Positions 31,179-40,668 of a stretch of DNA of 64,000 nt are shown here, one piece after another. Each line of letters begins with the position of its first letter. Position 1 is the first letter of the stretch. The position numbers were made by a program, and so were the translations under genes. Source of the DNA: Minisyncoccota bacterium (GTDB lineage: Bacteria > Patescibacteriota > Minisyncoccia > Phycocordibacterales > Phycocordibacteraceae); the NCBI GenBank assembly GCA_022842945.1, contig JALHOO010000002.1:25030-89029 (forward strand). Direction: 5' to 3'. The notes under the pieces were generated by a model. The model saw only the letters and a program-made list of their open reading frames with translations. It searched no databases and was not told the DNA's origin.

Positions 31179-31622
31179 CTATCTACATGTCGACTGGCTT
31201 CCTCCACGAAGGTACACTCCCCACCCACAGGGCGATCCTGAGCCTTTCCCACACCACCCTGCAACCGTTTCCGTGTACGCAAGCGTGATCTGTCCCGATG
31301 CGTCACTGCAGTATCGATATTCAGTGTCTGAAGGACTCCTTGGACTCTGCGGATCCCTCGGAAGCGCACTTATGTAGGTTGGGACAAGTGCTGTGAGATT
31401 GGTTGCAACAAACGAAGTGGTATACGCCGGGTATGCATTGTTTGCATTGTGGTAGAGCTCAAGCGCAAGCTGCAGTTGATTCATGTCAGCTATTCGCTTT
31501 GTATCACGTGCCTTGATGCGTGCTGTGTTGAGTGACGCGAGCACAACGGAAGAGAGAACGCCGATAATGGCAATAACCACCAAGAGCTCTATGAGAGTGA
31601 ATCCTCGAGTGTTACGGAACAT
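31179..31622 (-). CDS. Orphan type IV pilin / GspG-like pilin
   Basis: RG|FTLIELLVVIAIIGVLSSVVLASLNTARIKARDTKRIADMNQLQLALELY..YP..LVPTYISALPRDP. Confidence 0.88.
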   Translation of the reverse strand: MFRNTRGFTLIELLVVIAIIGVLSSVVLASLNTARIKARDTKRIADMNQLQLALELYHNANNAYPAYTTSFVATNLTALVPTYISALPRDPQSPRSPSDTEYRYCSDASGQITLAYTETVAGWCGKGSGSPCGWGVYLRGGSQSTCR

Positions 31623-31869
31623 ACACTTGTGTTGATGGCGGAACCGGGGGTAACTCAACCGGTTCGTCACTGCCGCCGAATGACGCCCACACAACACCAA
31701 TGGCTACGAGCACGGCGATGCCTATTATCCACACAAGAACTATCTCTGCCTCCTTGGTAGTCTTTGCGAGACCCGCCTTCTTTACGTAGGTAATGAATGC
31801 ACTGTCACCCGCAACATTCCCCGGTGTTGTGCCGTAGCTTTTTTCTTCTTCGAACAGTACGTTTCCCAT
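31612..31869 (-). CDS. Small single-TM hypothetical protein
   Basis: KKAGLAKTTKEAEIVL plus TM; TATACT 7 nt before the ATG; overlaps the pilin start. Confidence 0.7.
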   Translation of the reverse strand: MGNVLFEEEKSYGTTPGNVAGDSAFITYVKKAGLAKTTKEAEIVLVWIIGIAVLVAIGVVWASFGGSDEPVELPPVPPSTQVYVP

Positions 31870-32024
31870 GGAATTAAGTATACCAGCCTCTGAAGTACGG
31901 ACGAGGCATGAATACCGCGCGCCCACGAGGTGTCGCCACGATAGAACGGCTCGAATATGTGGATCGAGTAGCGTAGGTTAGTCATAGACGGTGGAACTTA
32001 CGAAATAGTTTCCTAAGGCTGGCA

Positions 32025-32058
32025 CAAGCAAAAGGCCCTTTTCGGGGCCTTTTGCTTG
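32025..32058 (-). terminator. Intrinsic terminator
   Basis: CAAGCAAAAGGCCC..GGGCCTTTTGCTTG. Confidence 0.75.
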
Positions 32059-32064
32059 TTATGT

Positions 32065-32316
32065 CTACGCCCTGCGTACCATCTTCACGATCGCAAGGAG
32101 CACTACGGCTCCAAGAATCGCAACGAGGAAACTGTAGAGGTTGAATCCCTCGACTCCCTGAGCCCCAAGCATGTTCATAATCCAGCCGCCGAGTACCGCA
32201 CCAACGATACCAACAACGATATCAAGGAGAAGTCCCTGCTGACCGTTGGTTTTCATAATCATAGAGGCAATCCATCCTGCGAGAGCACCGAATACAATCC
32301 AAATGAGAAATTCCAT
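32065..32316 (-). CDS. GlsB/YeaQ/YmgE-family (transglycosylase-associated) membrane protein
   Basis: WIVFGALAGWIAS..DIVVGIVGAVLGG..AILGAVVLL. Confidence 0.92.
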   Translation of the reverse strand: MEFLIWIVFGALAGWIASMIMKTNGQQGLLLDIVVGIVGAVLGGWIMNMLGAQGVEGFNLYSFLVAILGAVVLLAIVKMVRRA

Positions 32317-32525
32317 ACGTGTTTGTTTAGTTAGTTAGATAGGCAGGCCATTTCCTACTGAGAATGTGCGCTATACACAACAGTTGCCATGTATCTAGTT
32401 GTTTACGGGTACCCAGCTAACTATACGCACGCAGCATGAAGTGTTCATTAACAGACCTTCTTCATGAAAGCCTTAGATACTCCTGTGTATGGTTCTCGGT
32501 ACTAGTAACTAACGAACCTGACACT

Positions 32526-32972
32526 ATGAGTAGAGCAACGACACTGTGGGTGCTATTAGGAATAGTAGTACTCGCCATCTTGGCCCTCATGGCCTTTGGT
32601 GCAAACCGTACTGCCGTTGAAGACATGGACAACAATCCGCCAGGCACCATGACGGCAACCGATAACTCTGCTATGGAGCGTGGTGCGGTCCGTACACAAG
32701 CAGCTATTGAGCTCTCTGCTCTTAAGGCACGTGCGCAGGCTGGCGAGACATATGATGCGCTTGCTGCAGACTTCGCAGATATCCGTGCACGTCTAGCCGC
32801 CTCATATGAGAACACAGAGAGTGCTGCAGCTGAGGAATGGGCACGACTTGCTGCAGACTTTGACGCTCTTGAAGCGGATGCGCGCGCAGGCACGAGCACC
32901 TTCCTCGATTCCCTCTCAAGCCTCCTCAGCCGATTCTCAGCTGACGTACGTGTTGAGACAACGAACGAATAG
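32526..32972 (+). CDS. Hypothetical membrane-anchored helical protein
   Basis: N-terminal TM, Ala-rich amphipathic helices; convergent with the next gene. Confidence 0.65.
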   Translation: MSRATTLWVLLGIVVLAILALMAFGANRTAVEDMDNNPPGTMTATDNSAMERGAVRTQAAIELSALKARAQAGETYDALAADFADIRARLAASYENTESAAAEEWARLAADFDALEADARAGTSTFLDSLSSLLSRFSADVRVETTNE

Positions 32973-33935
32973 CTAGTCTCCCGCGAAGTGCGCGACAGCA
33001 ACCAGTTGCGCAACAACGAACAGAACGTAGAACCCAAGAAGCACAATGCCCTCTCCTCTGGAGACGCGGCATTTTGTGCGTGCAAAGAAGTACAAGCAGA
33101 CAAGGCCCGTACTCATAAGAATGGCTGTGGCGATAAACTGTGCAGGCTCAATAAAGAAGGTACCGCCCCAGAGCGCGAGACCTGCAAAGATAAGCGTGTT
33201 CATGGCCGCAGAGCCGAGATAGTTTCCAAAGGCTACCTCCGTCTGCTTCTTAGCGATACTGCGAAGCGCGATAACTAGTTCAGGTAGGTTCGTACCAACC
33301 GAAAGAAGGATAAGTCCTATAAGGGACGGCGGCACACTCAATGCATCCGCAAAGTATGACGCCTGCTCAACGAGAAAGCGGGCGGCAAGGAATATTGCAG
33401 CTCCTGCAACAAGAATGCGCCACACATCCGCACGAGGTTTCTCTTCCTCTTCGGGGCGTTTCTCAATAGCGAATGTGGTCTTTGCACGATCGCGGTAGAG
33501 CGAGTACACCACCGTCCCGTACGCAAGAAGCGCGAGACCGCCCTCAGTCTTCGTTACATCTCCATCAAGTACCAAAAGCACCGGCAGGAGCGTTAAGAGA
33601 AGCATGAACAACAGGTTCTTGTCTGAAAGCGCTCCCTTAAGCGCCACACCCCTTCCAGCAACCGCAAGTAGCGGAACAATAAAGAGAAGGAGTACGAAGG
33701 ATGCACCAATAAGGTTTCCAACAGAGACTCCCGGAACGTTTGTCAGTCCCGAGTTTATGGCAACCGATATCTCGCCAATGGAGGTGAGGAGTCCGAGCAC
33801 AAAGAAGGCGGTGATGAATCCCGTCTTCTGATACCGGCGTGCAAGGCGCACAACCGCATCAACCAGCACCCCTGCAAAGAACCAAACGATAGCAATCGAC
33901 AGTATAAATATAACGATGTGGACGAAGGCATTCAT
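32973..33935 (-). CDS. Sodium/calcium exchanger family antiporter (YrbG-like)
   Basis: Alpha repeats LTSIGE..GNLIGAS and GTNLPE..GNYLGSAAMN. Confidence 0.9.
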   Translation of the reverse strand: MNAFVHIVIFILSIAIVWFFAGVLVDAVVRLARRYQKTGFITAFFVLGLLTSIGEISVAINSGLTNVPGVSVGNLIGASFVLLLFIVPLLAVAGRGVALKGALSDKNLLFMLLLTLLPVLLVLDGDVTKTEGGLALLAYGTVVYSLYRDRAKTTFAIEKRPEEEEKPRADVWRILVAGAAIFLAARFLVEQASYFADALSVPPSLIGLILLSVGTNLPELVIALRSIAKKQTEVAFGNYLGSAAMNTLIFAGLALWGGTFFIEPAQFIATAILMSTGLVCLYFFARTKCRVSRGEGIVLLGFYVLFVVAQLVAVAHFAGD

Positions 33936-33951
33936 GGTTGTATTCTAGCGC

Positions 33952-34500
33952 CTACCCAGTAAGCAACACCTTAAACGCAAGCAGGATAATAATAGCGGCG
34001 CCAACCAGCTCTACCCGGTTCCCAAGAAGGTGCTTCCCCTTCTTGCCTATATAGACTCCAAGAAGCGCCATAAGGAACGTAACCACACCAATGGTGGTAA
34101 GCGCGAGAAGAAGATCTATATCTATGAAGTTGAAGGTAACGCCAACAACAAAAGCATCGATGCTCGTAGCGAACGCAAGAAAGAGAAGAGTCTTGGTGTG
34201 CGCAATATCCTTCTCATGCTCCGTGTCCTCCTTCTCAAAGGCCTCAAGCACCATCTTCCCGCCAACCAGCATAAGGAGCACAAACCCAATAATGTGGCCG
34301 TAGGCTAGAAGAGGCTCCCGGAACCCAGTACCGAGCAAAAAGCCCGCGAACGGCATAAGCACCTGGAACCCTCCAAAGAACCCCGCAATCTTTAGCGTAC
34401 GCATCCACCCCACCCGAGCAAGCACCCCTGCCCCAACCGCCACTATGGCAGCATCGAGCGCGACACTGATGGCCACAAGGAGAATCTCGGGGAACGACAT
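33952..34500 (-). CDS. mntP: Manganese efflux pump MntP family
   Basis: SVALDA, FGGFQVLMP, ATSIDAFVVG. Confidence 0.88.
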   Translation of the reverse strand: MSFPEILLVAISVALDAAIVAVGAGVLARVGWMRTLKIAGFFGGFQVLMPFAGFLLGTGFREPLLAYGHIIGFVLLMLVGGKMVLEAFEKEDTEHEKDIAHTKTLLFLAFATSIDAFVVGVTFNFIDIDLLLALTTIGVVTFLMALLGVYIGKKGKHLLGNRVELVGAAIIILLAFKVLLTG

Positions 34501-34582
34501 TACCGTGCCAGCATACCATTTAGACCCTCCGCTACCTTGTTTATGGCCTATTTACGTGCTAGAATGCAGATACGCACGAGAC

Positions 34583-35164
34583 ATTTTGAGTACCAACACT
34601 GATCGAATCCGCATAAACCGCGAAATCCGGGCACCCAAGCTTCGGGTTATAGGCGCTGAGGGAGAAAACCTCGGCGTTCTCGACACGGACGATGCCCTCG
34701 GAAGGGCGCAAACACTAGGTCTAGACCTCATTGAGATCTCGCCGAACGCTGCCCCTCCCGTTGCGAAAATCATGGATTATGGTAAATTCGAGTACGAGCG
34801 GAGCAAGAAAGAAAGTGCGGCACGATCGAAGGTAAAGGTCTCAGAAACCAAGGAAGTCCAAATCAAAGTAGGGACCGGAGACAATGACATGCGCCTCAAG
34901 GCCAAGAAGGCAGCCGAATGGCTCGCCGACGGGCACCGAGTGCGCATGGAGCTGTTTTTGAAGGGTCGCTACAAGGGTATGGACGAAGCCTTCCTGAAGA
35001 CCCGCCTCGAAAAGTTCATGCTCATGATCCCGTACGCCTACAAGATAGCTGAGCCCGTGACCCGCGCACCGAAAGGATTCGCCGCGATAATCGAGCGAGA
35101 CGCTAAGGCAGCCGTTCCAACGAAGAAGCCCGAGAGTCCTGAAACAGAAACAACCCCAGCATGA
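34583..35164 (+). CDS. infC: Translation initiation factor IF-3 (probable ATT or TTG start)
   Basis: RINREIR..LDLIEISPNAAPPVAKIMDYGKFEY; no in-frame ATG near the N-terminus; ATT 34583, TTG 34586. Confidence 0.93.
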   Translation: MLSTNTDRIRINREIRAPKLRVIGAEGENLGVLDTDDALGRAQTLGLDLIEISPNAAPPVAKIMDYGKFEYERSKKESAARSKVKVSETKEVQIKVGTGDNDMRLKAKKAAEWLADGHRVRMELFLKGRYKGMDEAFLKTRLEKFMLMIPYAYKIAEPVTRAPKGFAAIIERDAKAAVPTKKPESPETETTPA

Positions 35165-35352
35165 AAACAAACAAGTCATACACCAAGCGCATAAAAGTGA
35201 CCCGTAACGGGACGCTTATTGCTCGCAAGCCGGGTCAGGACCACTTCAACGCAAAGGAGCGTGGCCGCACCAAGGGCGTAAAGCGTCGCTCGAACCTCCT
35301 TACGGTTCCAAAGCGCATCGTCCGCCAGTTCCTCAGCAAGACAACCGCATAA
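35161..35352 (+). CDS. rpmI: 50S ribosomal protein bL35
   Basis: MKTNKSYTKRIKVT; lies between infC and rplT. Confidence 0.93.
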   Translation: MKTNKSYTKRIKVTRNGTLIARKPGQDHFNAKERGRTKGVKRRSNLLTVPKRIVRQFLSKTTA

Positions 35353-35372
35353 TTTCAGTAATTACTTAACGT

Positions 35373-35723
35373 ATGGCACGAGTAAAAGGAGGAGTCGCAT
35401 CGGCAAAGCGCCGCCGAAACATATTGGTACGCGCCAAGGGCTATCGCCATGGCCGTTCTACGAAGGTGCGTCTCGCGAAGGAGTCCCTCGTACACGCAGG
35501 CAAGAACGCCTTCAACCACCGCCGCGACAAGAAGACGGACTTCCGCCAGCTTTGGATCGTACGCTTGAACGCTGCTATCCGCGACCTCGGCTACAAGTCA
35601 TACAGCACCTTCATTGCTGCTAAGGCAAAGGCTGGTATTGAGCTCGACCGCAAGGTGCTCGCAACCCTCGCTGCACAGGAGCCAGAAGTGTTCGCACGCG
35701 TTGCCGCAAAGATTCAGGGCTAA
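35373..35723 (+). CDS. rplT: 50S ribosomal protein bL20
   Basis: MARVKGG, FRQLWIVRLNAA, LDRKVLA. Confidence 0.96.
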   Translation: MARVKGGVASAKRRRNILVRAKGYRHGRSTKVRLAKESLVHAGKNAFNHRRDKKTDFRQLWIVRLNAAIRDLGYKSYSTFIAAKAKAGIELDRKVLATLAAQEPEVFARVAAKIQG

Positions 35724-35739
35724 TACCCTCCCCTATTTC

Positions 35740-35779
35740 GCAAAGCAAAAGCCCCGCACATGCGGGGCTTTTGCTTTGC
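35740..35779. terminator. Bidirectional terminator
   Basis: GCAAAGCAAAAGCCCCGCA-ca-TGCGGGGCTTTTGCTTTGC. Confidence 0.85.
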
Positions 35780-35815
35780 ATTGCACTGCCCGTGAGTATG
35801 AATGCGTTCTCTGTA

Positions 35816-36229
35816 CTAGATAAGCAAGATGGCGCCGAGCGCTATGAGGAGTGCACCAAGCAGGGCCTTCCAGGTGAACTGAGTACCGAGGAATAGTATC
35901 GAGAACACCAGTACGAATAGGACACTAGTGCGATCAATCGCGGACACACTCGGCGCGGGACCGAGCTTCAAAGCAGCGAACATACAGAGCCAGGAGAGTG
36001 CTCCGGCGATACCCGAGAGTGCGATAAAGAGAAGTGCTTTATTCGGCGGAAGGTTCCCTAAATCAAACTTCCCCACCGATAGTGCGACAACAATTAAGAA
36101 TGCCGCCATGATAATGGCACGCAGTGTCGTAGCGAACGTTGTATCCACGTCCTGCAAGCCAATCTTTGCAAAGATAGTTACCAGACCAGCAAAGGCAGCG
36201 CCAGCGAGCGCGAAGAGTATCCAGGGCAT
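35816..36229 (-). CDS. EamA/DMT-family membrane transporter (single domain)
   Basis: FAKIGL..DTTFATTLR, LSGIAGALSWL, IDRTSV. Confidence 0.88.
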   Translation of the reverse strand: MPWILFALAGAAFAGLVTIFAKIGLQDVDTTFATTLRAIIMAAFLIVVALSVGKFDLGNLPPNKALLFIALSGIAGALSWLCMFAALKLGPAPSVSAIDRTSVLFVLVFSILFLGTQFTWKALLGALLIALGAILLI

Positions 36230-36258
36230 AGGTGAGGAGATGATGGTTGTTCTAAAAA

Positions 36259-37647
36259 CTATGATAGCTTCGTAGCTCCCTCCTTCGTTATCTCCCATAC
36301 CTCATCCTTGCTCGGTACGATTGCCTTGGCACCAAGGAAATCATGGATCCTCTGTGCAAGGAATCTCTGTGCAGACGGTTCGCCGATAGAAACAAAGATA
36401 GCTTTAGCGCGCGGAAGCGTCCCTTCTGCGAACTTGAGGAGTCCTTCCCTGTCCGCATGCGCAGACCAGCTTGTAAGGCTCTCAACCGTTGCCTTGACCT
36501 TAACTTCCCTGCCGTCGAGCTTAACCTTCGGAGAGCCGTCCTGCAGAAGTCTTCCGGGGCTCCCTGGAGCCTGGTATCCAACAATGAAGAGGGTTGTCTT
36601 AGGGTCTGGAAGATACTTCGCTTCCCATTTGCCGATGCGTCCCCCATGACTCATGCCTGCTCCTGCAATAATGAGTTTTGGATTGGGCTCTCCGGCAATA
36701 GTCTCCGAATCTTCTCGCGAAGGCGTCATGGTGAGGAACGGGAACCTAAAGATACTTCCCTCCTTCCGGGTCTCTGCCTTCGCCTCGTCATTAAAATACT
36801 CTCCCGCATGCTTCTCATAGATATCCGTCACACCAATAGCAAGCGGTGAGTCGAGGAACACCGGGAACTTCGGAATCTCCCCTGCCTCCATGAGGTTCGA
36901 GATCTCGTAGAGCATGAGCTGGGTGCGCTCCATGGAGAACGCGGGCATGAGAATCGTTCCGCCACGAGCAAGCGCTCTTTTTAGCGCATCGCGTAGCTGG
37001 GGAACCCTTTGGTCCACATGCTCATGCAAGCGATCTCCATAAACCGCCTCCATGATTACGGCATCCGCATCAGGCACCATCTCCGTCTCGCGTAGGTACG
37101 GATTCGGAGAATTCCCAAGATCTCCCGTAAAGGCAACGGTGGTGCCGTCTGCGTCCTTGATGCGTACACTTGCGGCACCAAGGATGTGTCCCGTATCGCG
37201 AAGATAAATAGAGAGTCCTGGAGCAACGGTACGTTCTTCGTGGTACGGAATAGTCTCTACGAGCTCTAATAGACGCTCAACGTCAGCCTCCTGGTACAGA
37301 GGGTCCCTGCCATAGCGCTTCGCTTCTTGCGCGAGCAGGCTCACGCTATCTGAGAGCATAAGCGCCATAAGGTCGCGCGTCGCTTCCGTCATGTACACCT
37401 TACCCCCAAAGCCTTCGCGCACGAGCTTTGGGGCACGACCTATATGGTCGAGGTGCGCATGCGTAATAACAAGGGCGTCTATAGAACTCGCATCGAACGG
37501 GAACGGCGCATACATGCACTCCACACAAAAGTCCCTTCCCTGCTCAAGCCCGGCATCAACAAGGAGAATCCCCTCAGACCCCTCTACAAGGAAATTCGAG
37601 CCCGTAACGGAGCCTGCACCCCCATGGAACGTTATGCGGAATGCCAT
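36259..37647 (-). CDS. MBL-fold beta-CASP ribonuclease
   Basis: GGAGSVTGS, THAHLDHIG, GHILG, TGDLG, GMSHGGRI, WSAHAD. Confidence 0.92.
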   Translation of the reverse strand: MAFRITFHGGAGSVTGSNFLVEGSEGILLVDAGLEQGRDFCVECMYAPFPFDASSIDALVITHAHLDHIGRAPKLVREGFGGKVYMTEATRDLMALMLSDSVSLLAQEAKRYGRDPLYQEADVERLLELVETIPYHEERTVAPGLSIYLRDTGHILGAASVRIKDADGTTVAFTGDLGNSPNPYLRETEMVPDADAVIMEAVYGDRLHEHVDQRVPQLRDALKRALARGGTILMPAFSMERTQLMLYEISNLMEAGEIPKFPVFLDSPLAIGVTDIYEKHAGEYFNDEAKAETRKEGSIFRFPFLTMTPSREDSETIAGEPNPKLIIAGAGMSHGGRIGKWEAKYLPDPKTTLFIVGYQAPGSPGRLLQDGSPKVKLDGREVKVKATVESLTSWSAHADREGLLKFAEGTLPRAKAIFVSIGEPSAQRFLAQRIHDFLGAKAIVPSKDEVWEITKEGATKLS

Positions 37648-37991
37648 ATGGTAAAGCGAGCTAGGACGTACGCACTGCTCATGCCAAGCGCATCCATGAG
37701 TAAATCAAGCGAGGTATCGAAGACAAAGTTCAATTCCCTCTGTGCGTTAATAGAGAGTTCAAACAACTCCCATCCAACCGCAATAGCGAGCATGCCTCCA
37801 AGGAACACCAGGGCACGCTTCTTCTTAAGAAGCGCGATGCCAAACACCCCAACCGTAAGACCGCCAACAAAATGCATCAAGGTATCGAACCAAGGGTAAT
37901 ACCAGTACCACAGATTCGCCAGCGCATTGTGCTGGAGGTAGGTGAGGAGCGAAGCTAAGACAAGAGCGGCAAGGAGCCAGTACAAACGCAT
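37632..37991 (-). CDS. Hypothetical membrane protein (DUF2238/VanZ-like)
   Basis: WFDTLMHFVGG, WELFE, DTSLDL. Confidence 0.75.
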   Translation of the reverse strand: MRLYWLLAALVLASLLTYLQHNALANLWYWYYPWFDTLMHFVGGLTVGVFGIALLKKKRALVFLGGMLAIAVGWELFELSINAQRELNFVFDTSLDLLMDALGMSSAYVLARFTIWHSA

Positions 37992-38008
37992 AGTCCCTAA
38001 ACTGTAGC

Positions 38009-38218
38009 ATGGCCTCTAAAGAGAAATCCCCTAGCGTAGTGCTAGAGGATTTCTATAGAACCGCCCCTGTGTGGCAACTTTTTGAAGCCACGTGGGTGCC
38101 CGCATCGCGCGACGTCGAGCGTCCGAAGACGCGTACCGGAAACGCGGGATATAAGGCTCCCGAGATTGATTCAAGTTGCGTTTTAGGAGCGGCTCCACAA
38201 GAAGTATATCGCTCCTAG
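38009..38218 (+). CDS. Small hypothetical protein (69 aa)
   Basis: Fills the gap; TAAACT 5 nt before the ATG; terminator immediately after. Confidence 0.5.
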   Translation: MASKEKSPSVVLEDFYRTAPVWQLFEATWVPASRDVERPKTRTGNAGYKAPEIDSSCVLGAAPQEVYRS

Positions 38219-38231
38219 AATGGAGAGGCAA

Positions 38232-38264
38232 AAACAAAGGCCCGAGAGTCTCGGGCCTTTGTTT
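38232..38264. terminator. Bidirectional terminator
   Basis: AAACAAAGGCCCGAG..CTCGGGCCTTTGTTT. Confidence 0.8.
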
Positions 38265-38277
38265 AAGCAAGAATGGA

Positions 38278-38886
38278 TTATTCCATTATCCCGTCGAGGT
38301 TCACGTCGTAGAGAATCTGGTCATCTACAAGGCGGTAGGAGATGAGTTCTTCCGGAGTGAACCAGAGGTTGATTTCAGCCTCAGCGTTCTCAGGTGTATC
38401 TGAGCAGTGGATGAGGTTGCGCACCGCACGGTCATCAACCGCAGCAATGTTGTACGAGTCGATGGTGTAATCGCCACGGATCGTACCCACGTCAGACGTT
38501 GCTGGCTCAGTACCACCCACAAGCTTTGTAACAACCGCCACCGCTGAGTTTCCTTCCCACGCCATCATAACAACCGGACCGCTCGTCATGAATTTCTCAA
38601 GCGCGCGAATAATGTCCTTTCCGTACTCGATAGGCTCCTTCTCAGCAGAAAGACCCGCTGCCGCACGGTCCTCGGCAATCTTGGTACCCTTCTTTATGAA
38701 CCACGCATCATCCTTACTGTAGTGCTTCCAGATGCGGTCGCTATCAAGAACGGTAAGCTTCATACCTACAAGCTTGAGTCCTGTACGTTCAAAGCGCTTA
38801 ATAATCTCTCCGATGAGGGAGCGCTGTACGCCATCAGGCTTCACAATAACGAAGGTGCGCTCGAGCTTTGGGTGTGGAATTGGCAT
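38278..38886 (-). CDS. ndk: Nucleoside diphosphate kinase
   Basis: ERTFVIVKPDGVQR, GTIRGD, NLIHCSD. Confidence 0.95.
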   Translation of the reverse strand: MPIPHPKLERTFVIVKPDGVQRSLIGEIIKRFERTGLKLVGMKLTVLDSDRIWKHYSKDDAWFIKKGTKIAEDRAAAGLSAEKEPIEYGKDIIRALEKFMTSGPVVMMAWEGNSAVAVVTKLVGGTEPATSDVGTIRGDYTIDSYNIAAVDDRAVRNLIHCSDTPENAEAEINLWFTPEELISYRLVDDQILYDVNLDGIME

Positions 38887-38962
38887 AAGAATAATTGAAA
38901 GTGCGCCTCTGGCGCTTGATATACGGGCACTATACTACAGCGACAAAAGCCTGTCAGCTTGG

Positions 38963-39265
38963 CTATTTCTCTCCCTTGAGAATTACCCTGCTCTCAAACC
39001 CTCCGCGTTCTTCGCGCTTAGCAAGGCGTACTGCCTCAACATCTGCGTACTCAGGCAGCAGTTTAAGAGCTGCAATAACCTCAAGCACATCACCTAGTTC
39101 TTCAACAGACGTTACTTCGGAAAACTCTCCTGCTTCCTCAACGAGCTTCTTAACAAGCTCGATCTTATACTCGTCAGGGTCAGCGATACGTTTTTCGTAC
39201 GCAACACCTTTTGCGTCCAGCAGCTCAGGAATCCCGTCCCGAACCAGCTTCTCGTAATGAGTCAT
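38963..39265 (-). CDS. MazG-like / PRA-PH nucleoside triphosphate pyrophosphohydrolase
   Basis: KLVRDGIP, KLVEEAGEF, EELGDVLEV, KREERGGF; TGgTACGAT 6 nt before the ATG. Confidence 0.85.
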   Translation of the reverse strand: MTHYEKLVRDGIPELLDAKGVAYEKRIADPDEYKIELVKKLVEEAGEFSEVTSVEELGDVLEVIAALKLLPEYADVEAVRLAKREERGGFESRVILKGEK

Positions 39266-39269
39266 GAGT

Positions 39270-40055
39270 CTATCGTACCACCTCGCTCGGACGCCTCGTA
39301 ACAACAATAGTCTCCTTGTCCTCAATAAGGATAGTGTGCTCTGAATGCGAGGAGATGGATCCGTCACGGGTGCGGTAGGTATGTCCGTCCGGAGAGAGGA
39401 TAATAGAACCCTTCCCTGCGTTCGCAATAGGCTCTAGTGCAAGCACCATGCCAGCCACAATTTCCTCGCCGGTACCTGCGTGCCCGAAGTTGGAGATGTA
39501 TGGCTCCTCATGCACTTTGCGTCCAACCGCGTGTCCCCCAAGCACCTTAACTATAGAAAAGCCGGTACCTTTAAAGGCGCGCTCTATGGCGTTTGAAATG
39601 TCGCCCGTGCGAGCACCTGGACGCGCAGCTTTCATGCCTTCTTCGAGTGCAAATTCCGTAGCAGCTATAAGTGCCTGGGCTTGCTTGCTTATCTTTCCAA
39701 CCGGCACCGTAACGGCAGAGTCTGTATAGAGGCCCTTATGGATAATGCCGAAGTCGAGCGATACGATATCTCCTTCCTTTAGAGTTCGAGGGTTCTCGTT
39801 GGGTATCCCATGCACAACCTCCTCGTTAACCGATACACAGAGTGCCGCCGGAAACGGACGACGTGCACCTTCAGGCGTATAGCCCTTAAACGCCGGGAGG
39901 TCTCCCCCTTCGAGGATGAGGCGGAGTGCCTCGTTCTCCAGATCGTTCGTAGACACGCCGGGAGCAACCATGCCCTCGAGCTTCTCGAGAATAACGCCCA
40001 GGCGTCTGCCTGACTCTATGATGCCTTCGCGCTCTTCTGGGGTGCGTACAATCAT
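39270..40055 (-). CDS. map: Methionine aminopeptidase
   Basis: CVSVNEEVVHGIP, DSA, GHAVG..HEEP, LEP, HSEHT. Confidence 0.96.
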   Translation of the reverse strand: MIVRTPEEREGIIESGRRLGVILEKLEGMVAPGVSTNDLENEALRLILEGGDLPAFKGYTPEGARRPFPAALCVSVNEEVVHGIPNENPRTLKEGDIVSLDFGIIHKGLYTDSAVTVPVGKISKQAQALIAATEFALEEGMKAARPGARTGDISNAIERAFKGTGFSIVKVLGGHAVGRKVHEEPYISNFGHAGTGEEIVAGMVLALEPIANAGKGSIILSPDGHTYRTRDGSISSHSEHTILIEDKETIVVTRRPSEVVR

Positions 40056-40057
40056 AA

Positions 40058-40636
40058 TTATGAAAGGATGCTAGCAATTGCCGCCTCAACCTCCTCTGGC
40101 GTCTTGGAGCCGTCGATAACACGCAGAGCGCCCTTTTCCTCAAGATAGGAAAGCACGGGCTGCGTGTGCTCGTCATAGACCCTAAGGCGTGCCTGTATCT
40201 GCTCAACGGTTCCGCTATCCGGACGGTGCTCAATCTCCGCACGAGAAAGCATGCGCTTGGTTACCTCTTCGTCTGAGACCGCGAGGTCTATAGCGACATA
40301 CGGACGCCCAAGCCAGCTCATCACGCTATCAAACACCTCTGCCTGTGCACGAGAGCGGGGGTATCCGTCAAACACGACACCTCTCTCAGGAGAGAGGGAA
40401 AGCATCTCATGCTCAAAGAGATAGCTTGCGAACCAGTCAGGAAGCAGACGTCCTGCATCAAACTCGGTGCGCACGCGCTCCGCGAGCTCTCCCTCGCCTT
40501 CGCGAAGATTCTTGAACAGTTCTCCGGTTGAGAAATGCGTCCACCCGTACTTCTCTGAGAGAAGCTTTGCTTGGGTTCCCTTTCCAGAACCGGGGCGTCC
40601 TGTTAGGAGGACACTGCGAATAGCGGGTTGTTCCAT
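40058..40636 (-). CDS. adk: Adenylate kinase (short LID)
   Basis: GRPGSGKGTQA, HFSTGE, FDGYPR. Confidence 0.93.
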   Translation of the reverse strand: MEQPAIRSVLLTGRPGSGKGTQAKLLSEKYGWTHFSTGELFKNLREGEGELAERVRTEFDAGRLLPDWFASYLFEHEMLSLSPERGVVFDGYPRSRAQAEVFDSVMSWLGRPYVAIDLAVSDEEVTKRMLSRAEIEHRPDSGTVEQIQARLRVYDEHTQPVLSYLEEKGALRVIDGSKTPEEVEAAIASILS

Positions 40637-40668
40637 GTATGAATCGTATCAGGTAATAAAACGTCGTC

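Noticed and set aside
30241-32060. Prophage or integrative element at ssrA or the tRNAs
   Set aside because: No integrase, no duplicated 3' end (att) and no phage genes seen
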